Of a stretch of 64,000 nt of DNA, positions 57,721 to 64,000 are shown piece after piece. Both the position numbers and the translations under genes were made by a program. The DNA comes from a virus. The notes beneath the pieces are model-generated. The model saw only the letters and a program-made list of their open reading frames with translations, did not search any database and was not told where the DNA came from. The stretch is taken from the IMG/VR virus record IMGVR_UViG_3300047557_002984, positions 1-64,000 of that record; one strand, written 5' to 3'. Within the stretch, counting starts at the first letter, position 1. Each line of letters starts with the position of its first letter.

Positions 57721-57918
57721 TCACTCACCCCGTTGCCCTAAATTCGCCACCACAACACCCCTCACCGGCTGCCGTGGTGGTGCTTCAGTCAGTTGAGGTA
57801 AATCGTAAAAATCTTGACAGCATCGCAAGGTGACGGTCTGCGCGGAAATGACAACATCCGTCGCGTTCGCCACCACGGACGAACCGAGCAAGAGAAGTGT
57901 GAGAAGAAATGCTTTCAT
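57721..57918 (-). CDS. Short signal-peptide ORF (possible gene remnant)
   Basis: MKAFLLTLLLLGSSVVANA followed by only about 45 aa. Confidence 0.45.
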   Translation of the reverse strand: MKAFLLTLLLLGSSVVANATDVVISAQTVTLRCCQDFYDLPQLTEAPPRQPVRGVVVANLGQRGE

Positions 57919-57998
57919 AGAAATTTGGCGACCGCCCGTAACGCGCACCGACCCCCGTCTTTGCGCGATTGCTGCCCTACAGCCGGGCGGTCATAGCG

Positions 57999-58394
57999 TT
58001 AGGGTTTGGTCGGCTTTTCCTGAGCTTCAAAATCCGCGTCCGCTTGCACGCTGGCAGCGGTCAATCGGTTTGCACGAAGACGCTCTTTTGCTGCCGTGGC
58101 AATATTATTCTCAAAGATCGCACCCAATTGTGCGCTGACAATGGCCAAGTCGTAGATAATTTCGCCTTTGGCGTTTTTCTTACAAGTGCCGTCAACTTCT
58201 TTTTCGCAAAGGTCAATACGTCCACGGCTTTCCACGTAAGGAGCAAGGTATGCAGCGAGTTTCCGATCTGCGGCTTGTTGCGTATCTGCCGCAAATCGCT
58301 GCGTAAAGCGAAAGGTTGCTGTTTGTTGTTGCGCCCCGATCAATGTCGAGGCGAGAACGAGAACGAGAATGGTCAAAAAGAAAAGTCGTTTCAT
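57999..58394 (-). CDS. Exported protein
   Basis: Signal peptide MKRLFFLTILVLVLASTLIGA; GAGG RBS. Confidence 0.7.
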   Translation of the reverse strand: MKRLFFLTILVLVLASTLIGAQQQTATFRFTQRFAADTQQAADRKLAAYLAPYVESRGRIDLCEKEVDGTCKKNAKGEIIYDLAIVSAQLGAIFENNIATAAKERLRANRLTAASVQADADFEAQEKPTKP

Positions 58395-58400
58395 AAATCC

Positions 58401-61388
58401 TCAATTACAAAGATATACGCGCCAGCGCGTTGAAGTTGTGTCATAGCGAGCGATGGCACATTTGCCCGCCGTTAAAGTCAAATCAGCACCCGTGGACGTG
58501 GTAAACCGATTCGCGGCAGTACTGCTTGCGTTTTCGTTTTGCAAGACAATGTCGTTGCTTCCGACGTTCCAGATTTCCATGATCTGGCCATCTATGTTGC
58601 CCTGTGACATTCCCGTCACATTGCGCGACGCATCGCTTGACCATCGCTGAAACCAACCAGTACCAGGAGCATAGTTGTTTCGATCAGCAGTAATCTGCGC
58701 AGGAGTACGCGCAGGGGTAGAGAACGTAGCAGGCGTGGTGCCTGAACCATTTCCCGCAAGTTGCAGAATGTTCACACCGCCACGCCGCAGCCAGTTGTCT
58801 TGGGAAAGATTGTCAATTCCTAGCTGGCTCAAACTGAAACCGTTTGAATTGACTATGCCGCGTTGCGTGCCGCTAGTAACAATGCCCAAGACTCCCGCGC
58901 CTATTGAGTAAATGCCGTCAGTTGCGGAACCAATTGCTAACGCAGGAGCGCCTGCGGCTCCCGCTTGCGTGATAAAGACCTGCCCGGCAGTACCAGTACC
59001 GATTCCCGCGCCGCCCGTTAGAACAATATTGCCGCCATTCGCATTTCCGCTTGTATTTCGCGCGGCTGCCCCACTGGTGATCGTAATGGCCCCGCCTGCG
59101 GCTGCACCTGTATTACTACCAGCCGTGGCGGCGCTTGCTGTAAGGTTGAACGGCGTTCCGGCTGTCGCGTTTGTAGCAGCAGCAGGAGCATTTGCGGTCA
59201 AACTGACAGCGTTTCCAGCAGTGTTGTTAGCAATGGTGATGTACTGCGTCGCGCTCGTTGTCGGCGAAAAGGCAAGCATTGGGTTGCCGTTTGCGTCGTC
59301 TAACTCCGTGGTGATGCGCGGTGATGTGGCGCGCAAATTACCTGATCCAGCGGTGACATTCGTACCATCAGATGTAAAGCCGGAAATTTCGCCATAGACG
59401 CCCGCGTTATTGTAAGGGATACGGGTATTGGTGCCGCTGGTAATCGTTGTGGTGCCCACGGTGATGCCGCCACCGCCACCACCGCAGCCCGTGCAACTGG
59501 TCACGGTCAGCGCGCCCGCCACGTCCAGCTTGGCAACCGTTGTGCCCGCCGCATTCTGAAAATCAAAGTAATTGCCGGTGGGTGATGTATCCGTATTCCG
59601 CTTGATCAACAGGCCCGTGATGTTGTTCGCGCCCAGCGTGGCCGAAATCTGCCCGCCGCTGGTTGGTGCCGCTACACCAAGGCCGAGATTACCAAACCGC
59701 GTGTTGCTCGTGGTGGCGATGTCCTGCGGCAAGCTCAATGTGACCGCGCCAGTGGCTGCGCTGGCCGTGACCTGGTTCGCGGTGCCCGTGATCGAATTGA
59801 CCACGTTCGTTAAACTCGCTCCGCTCCCCGTGGGCGCAAGGTAATCCGTGCCTGCTACCGCCGATGAGAATCCGCCGCTCCCGTTGCCCTTCAGGATTGC
59901 GCTGCCGGAAGTCGCGGGCGCATAATCCGTGCCGCTCACAGCCGCGCTCACGGTGCCGCTACCGTTGGCTTTCAGGATGCCGTTGACCGTACCCGCGCCG
60001 CCATAGCTTGAACCAATCACCGCGCCATTCCATGTGCCCGTGGTGATCGTGCCCAGCGTCGTGATTGTGTTTTGGCCTGTGTAGGTGCTGGCAATCGTGA
60101 GCGTTGGATTGCCGCTTACGCCATCGCCATTCGTGACCGTGATCTTATCTGTCGTGCCCGTGATGGTGCGCGCCGCGCCTGTGCCCGCGCCTGTGCGCGC
60201 CCAAAGGCCGCTTGTCGAGTTCCCAGCGAGCGCGGTCAGATCGGAATCCAGGTCTTGCTTGTTGCCAAGCTGCGTCTGGATGGCCGACGTGACGCCTGAC
60301 ACATAGCCCAATTCAGTGGACGTGACCGAGGACGCCGTAAGCACGCCTGACGCATCTGTAACCGCCGCGCGTGACGCCGTGAGCGCCGCCAGCTTGGAAA
60401 GCGCAATCGCCGCAGATGCGGATAGCTCGGTATTCGTAATGCCGGACAGGCGCGCCAGTGGGAGCGTGCCGCTGCTCAGGTCTGACGCGCTGCGTGTGGT
60501 AATGTCCCCAAGGCTGGATGTCGTCTTATCAATCTGCGCCCAAGTGTAATCATTCGTGGCCGCAACGACTGCGCCGGTTCGCCCGAATACGGACGAAACC
60601 GCACCCCCACCGCCGCCCGTGCCGTTCGCCTTGGCCGTCACGCGCCCATAGGCATCAATCGTCAAATCGCAATTCGTACAGGTTCCCGCGCTCACGCCGG
60701 ATGTCGCCAAATCTAACGCGCCGCTGGCAAAGTCGAACCGCGCGGAGGGCGTAATGTTTTCCGGTGCGCCCGTGCTAGCCGTGGTGCGCCCTAAGAGCAC
60801 GCCAGAGCTAAGCGTCAGCCCGCTGGTCGTGATCGCGCCCGGCGCAACGTAATCCGTCCCCGCAGATGCTGTGGCCGGTGTGGATGTGCCGCTGCTAACC
60901 GTGTGCTTGAGCAGGCCGCTGGTCAGTGAGCCCAGGCTGAACTCCGCGCTCAGGCCAGATTCCGCCGTGCGCGTGATGAAGGTGGCGCTCGATGGCGCGT
61001 ACCCGGTCGCGGTCAGCGTGCGCAGTGCGTCCGCCTCGCTTAGTAATTCGTGCAGATTGGCCGTGCTGCTGGCGGGAATGTAGAGGCGAATGCCGGAGCG
61101 GAAATCGTACCGCCCCAGGATCATATTAGCCCGGATTGTAGTGATAGATCGCTGCGGTACGGTGAAAGAAACAGCACCCGTGCTAGCGTCAGATGTTACC
61201 GTCTGAGCTACTGTCTGAATAACTGCGCCATCAACTTCAACTTGCACAATCTGAAGCGTGCAAGAGGTGCAAGGCACGTTCGTGGTTTTCAGGAGAACGC
61301 CTGACACTGTGCAGGAGCTAACCGTTTGTGCGCGAGCGGATAAGGTGAGCAGCGCGAAAAGCGCGAGTAGAAAAGAAAGGCGACGCAT
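58401..61388 (-). CDS. Long fibre/adhesin-like protein with signal peptide
   Basis: About 995 aa, G/T/S/A-rich; TIDAYGRVT, VSSVFGRTGAV, GTDY repeats and NGDGVSGNPT, all typical of tail fibres; N-terminus MRRLSFLLALFALLTLSARA-Q. Confidence 0.8.
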   Translation of the reverse strand: MRRLSFLLALFALLTLSARAQTVSSCTVSGVLLKTTNVPCTSCTLQIVQVEVDGAVIQTVAQTVTSDASTGAVSFTVPQRSITTIRANMILGRYDFRSGIRLYIPASSTANLHELLSEADALRTLTATGYAPSSATFITRTAESGLSAEFSLGSLTSGLLKHTVSSGTSTPATASAGTDYVAPGAITTSGLTLSSGVLLGRTTASTGAPENITPSARFDFASGALDLATSGVSAGTCTNCDLTIDAYGRVTAKANGTGGGGGAVSSVFGRTGAVVAATNDYTWAQIDKTTSSLGDITTRSASDLSSGTLPLARLSGITNTELSASAAIALSKLAALTASRAAVTDASGVLTASSVTSTELGYVSGVTSAIQTQLGNKQDLDSDLTALAGNSTSGLWARTGAGTGAARTITGTTDKITVTNGDGVSGNPTLTIASTYTGQNTITTLGTITTGTWNGAVIGSSYGGAGTVNGILKANGSGTVSAAVSGTDYAPATSGSAILKGNGSGGFSSAVAGTDYLAPTGSGASLTNVVNSITGTANQVTASAATGAVTLSLPQDIATTSNTRFGNLGLGVAAPTSGGQISATLGANNITGLLIKRNTDTSPTGNYFDFQNAAGTTVAKLDVAGALTVTSCTGCGGGGGGITVGTTTITSGTNTRIPYNNAGVYGEISGFTSDGTNVTAGSGNLRATSPRITTELDDANGNPMLAFSPTTSATQYITIANNTAGNAVSLTANAPAAATNATAGTPFNLTASAATAGSNTGAAAGGAITITSGAAARNTSGNANGGNIVLTGGAGIGTGTAGQVFITQAGAAGAPALAIGSATDGIYSIGAGVLGIVTSGTQRGIVNSNGFSLSQLGIDNLSQDNWLRRGGVNILQLAGNGSGTTPATFSTPARTPAQITADRNNYAPGTGWFQRWSSDASRNVTGMSQGNIDGQIMEIWNVGSNDIVLQNENASSTAANRFTTSTGADLTLTAGKCAIARYDTTSTRWRVYLCN

Positions 61389-61445
61389 CCCGGAATCCTC
61401 GAAATTCCAGGATGAACGCTGTGGCTCAGCGTGCGGAGTATAACA

Positions 61446-61540
61446 AAAAATCACAGGAATGGTGATTTTTCTCTTGCGGAACTAGGCGCGCTTGCGGTAC
61501 TATGCGCTTGTCAGTTGGCAAGCACGCCAGCGACGAACCG
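61446..61540 (+). promoter_or_regulatory. Promoter P4 with a P1-like leader
   Basis: TTGCGG-18 bp-TACTAT; the leader TGTCAGTTGGCAAGCACGCCAGCGACGAACC matches P1's TGTCGGTTGGCAATCACGCCAACGACGAACC. Confidence 0.7.
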
Positions 61541-61551
61541 GAGGAAAAGTA

Positions 61552-63800
61552 ATGGCCAGCTTTTGCACTTACTGTCAAAAAGATTTCACCGAAGGCGAGA
61601 AACCTGTGCGCGCCAATCGGGGCGCACTAGGAAAATGGGCGCACGCTGGTTGTAAGCCTGTCAGCGGCAGTCATACGGCGGCTGGTTGGCGCGTCGCAGT
61701 CAGCGAATCCACAAACCGCAACGTTCCCGTCGGTCTCACCAAGCAGTTCGTGAATGAGTGCAAAGCGCGCGCGTATGCGGCTGGCCTTGAAGCCTTTGGC
61801 GGTGTTACATGTACCGTCTCGGAAATTTAATCACCCCCCGCGAGCCTGCCCCGCTCGCTCACAGGAGCACGACATGACCAACAAGCAACTGAAAGACATC
61901 ATTGAAATGACGAGCTACGAAACCCGCTCCTACAGCGGGCGCGGCATGTATGGCAAAGAATGCCTCGCCTTCACTGCCGACGCTGGGACATCGAGCTTCG
62001 TCGTCGCGGCGGATTTGATGGAAGCGGCACTTTACGCGGGCGAAGATTTCATTGAGTCAGTTTTGGCAGCAATGCGGGGCATCCGAACGGACAGCCTGGG
62101 ACGTGGCACGGTGTTCTACTTTCCAGGCGTGCCCGCTGACGGGCTTCGCTTTGAGGAAGCGGAAGACGAAGGCGACGCACCGGGCGAAGGCAACCCGGCA
62201 CAGTGGCGGTAAGGAGGGGCGCTATGACCGAGCAACAAACCAAGGAGCTTTTCAATATCCACATCGTCACGAACGACGCCCGCACCATCTTTGCCAGCGG
62301 TCGCGACTTCTTGGAAGCGTTCGAGAAAGGCGCAACCATCGAAGGCGCATTTCTGGTCACAGCGTACTGGTTTCACCGTGAAATTCCTGCATGGATCGCC
62401 GCGCTTGACCAGCTTTACGTTGAGTACGAGTTTCACCATGGCCAGCGTGTTGACCTCGCCATCAAGTATCTGCGCGCACAGGGCGTGCAATGCCCAGAGT
62501 TCACCGATTACCTGCTGCGCCAGTCTCGTTACGGGACTGCGCCAGCGGGGAGCGTCAGCGATGTGGTATTAGGAGCGTTCCACCGCTCGCTGGATTGGAG
62601 CAATGAATGACAGATCAAGGCTTAATTGGCAAAACTGTCTATTGGGTAAGCGTTGGCCACATCTCGCGCGGTGTGGTCAGGGATAGCCGTGAGGTTATCT
62701 GGCCTAACGACACGCTCACGATTGAGCATGTGGACGGATACAAGCAAACTATCGGCGCGTCACGCGTCCACTGCGATCCGCTTGATGCCGCCAGAGAAGC
62801 GCGGGAATGCGCGGAGGCGCTGCTGGATGCAGCGAATCAGTTGGAAAAGGAGGCAAGCGAATGAACCCAGACCACAACGCCCTAAACCACTTTCTTGCAG
62901 CAGCAATGGGCGAGGATGAATTTCTGCCGCGATGCTTCGCGGAACGCCACGCCATCAACGGCGATGGCGATTGTTTGGATTGCGGCATTGACGCGCACGA
63001 ATCGCCGCAAGTGCCGCCGGATTATGCCGGGAATCAAGCGGAAAGCAGACGCTTGCTGGCGTGGATCAACCGGCAATACGGCGGGGTAAGGTTGCGGTTT
63101 ATGAAACACTTATGCGACCTGTGCGAATTGCACGCCCCGCTATCGCTCTTAGAGGTGCTAACGCTGATGGCTGAAGTGCCACTGCTCGCGATTGCGCAGG
63201 CAGCGGAGTTGACGATTAAAGAGAAGGAGGCAAGCAAATGAACCTGATTAAGCTTATCAAGCAATGCTTATGCGATCACAACTGGATCGCGCGAATTAAG
63301 GAAAGCAAAGAGAAATGGCAACCCGATACGCACTGGCGCGTAATCGCCGCTGAGTATCGCTGCCCAAAATGCGGGAAAACGCGCCCAATGGACGAAGAAG
63401 AGGCGCAACTACTCGCGGAGGCAAGCAAATGAACGAATTTACCCAAGAAGAAAAAGCCAAACTGCCCAAGTGGGCGCTGCAAAAGATTGAAATGCTTGAA
63501 TCTGAACGCCAGGCCGCAGTCACAGCGCTGCGACGGTACACTGACGAGCAAACGGGAAGCCCGTTCCGCGTGACTGAATTAGAGTGCATCGGCGAACAAG
63601 TCGGGCCGACATTCATCACGCGATACATTCAAGCCTACAAAATGGAAATCGCTTGGAAGGGCGTAGAGCTTACTGTTATCACTAAGGATGATGGCATCTT
63701 CCTATCTTGGGTGGCAGAAAATCAGAGCGTGCGCAATTTCGTAGGCTTAGTGCCCCTCGCGTTCCAACAGGCCACATTGCGCGCGGAGGCAAGCGAATGA
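61552..63800 (+). CDS. Seven small hypothetical genes (starts 61552, 61874, 62224, 62607, 62861, 63238, 63429)
   Basis: Strong RBSs and ATGA coupling; 61874-62212 is acidic with YSGRGMYG..C. Confidence 0.7.
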
Positions 63801-63802
63801 AC
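62849..63802 (+). repeat. Four copies of the gene-junction motif GGAGGCAAGCRAATGAAC
   Basis: Copies at 62849, 63226, 63417 and 63785. Confidence 0.92.
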
Positions 63803-64000
63803 CAATGGCAACCAATGAGCACTGCGCCGAAGGACGGCACGAAAATTCTAGGCTGGCGGAAGGATTGCGGCGTTCTCTTGATTCGTTGGGATTGTGCCGC
63901 ATCGTTCCTAACCGCTGACGAACGGCGGCATATGGACGAAGATTACCTATCCGCGATGGATTGGTTTTGCGCCGATTTCATCACCGGCGCGCGTCTTGAG
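63797..64000 (+). CDS. DUF551-like protein (runs off the right edge)
   Basis: MNQWQPMSTAPKDGTKILGW. Confidence 0.75.
   Translation, partial: MNQWQPMSTAPKDGTKILGWRKDCGVLLIRWDCAASFLTADERRHMDEDYLSAMDWFCADFITGARLE

Noticed and set aside
58401-61388. Diversity-generating retroelement target or invertible fibre system
   Set aside because: No reverse transcriptase, template/variable repeat pair or adjacent invertase is visible in the window.

Overview
The window is a 64-kb piece of a GC-rich tailed dsDNA phage or prophage, siphovirus-like and cut at both edges. The dnaN and SSB sequences resemble Acidobacteriota proteins as I recall them, so that host is an unverified inference. Layout: (1) 1-17 kb, minus-strand morphogenesis genes: tape measure, frameshifted tail chaperones, tail tube, neck, capsid, scaffold, portal, terminase and a ParB-MTase. 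(2) 17-20.7 kb, membrane and lysis-like genes with no recognisable endolysin. (3) 20.7-29.7 kb, an accessory region of small operons. Each has a sigma70-type promoter with a palindromic operator, and one carries a DUF1874/AcrIII-1 ring nuclease. (4) 29.7-45.2 kb, minus-strand replication and modification genes: beta clamp, DUF5131 with an inserted HNH gene, a two-frame C5 methyltransferase, dCTP deaminase, primase-helicase and an iteron-bearing initiator. This part also holds an array of hairpin and tRNA-like elements at 42.8-43.6 kb. (5) 45.7-55.4 kb, plus-strand early genes including a Rad52-like annealase, SSB and a tyrosine recombinase. (6) 55.3-61.4 kb, a metallophosphoesterase and a fibre-like protein with a signal peptide. 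(7) 61.5-64 kb, small genes joined by a repeated 18-bp junction. The best candidates for new biology are the dispersed operator-controlled anti-defence cassettes anchored by AcrIII-1, the CCA-ended tRNA-like RNA array, and an HNH element that supplies a replacement N-terminus for the gene it interrupts. All family calls come from motif recognition by eye; no searches were run.
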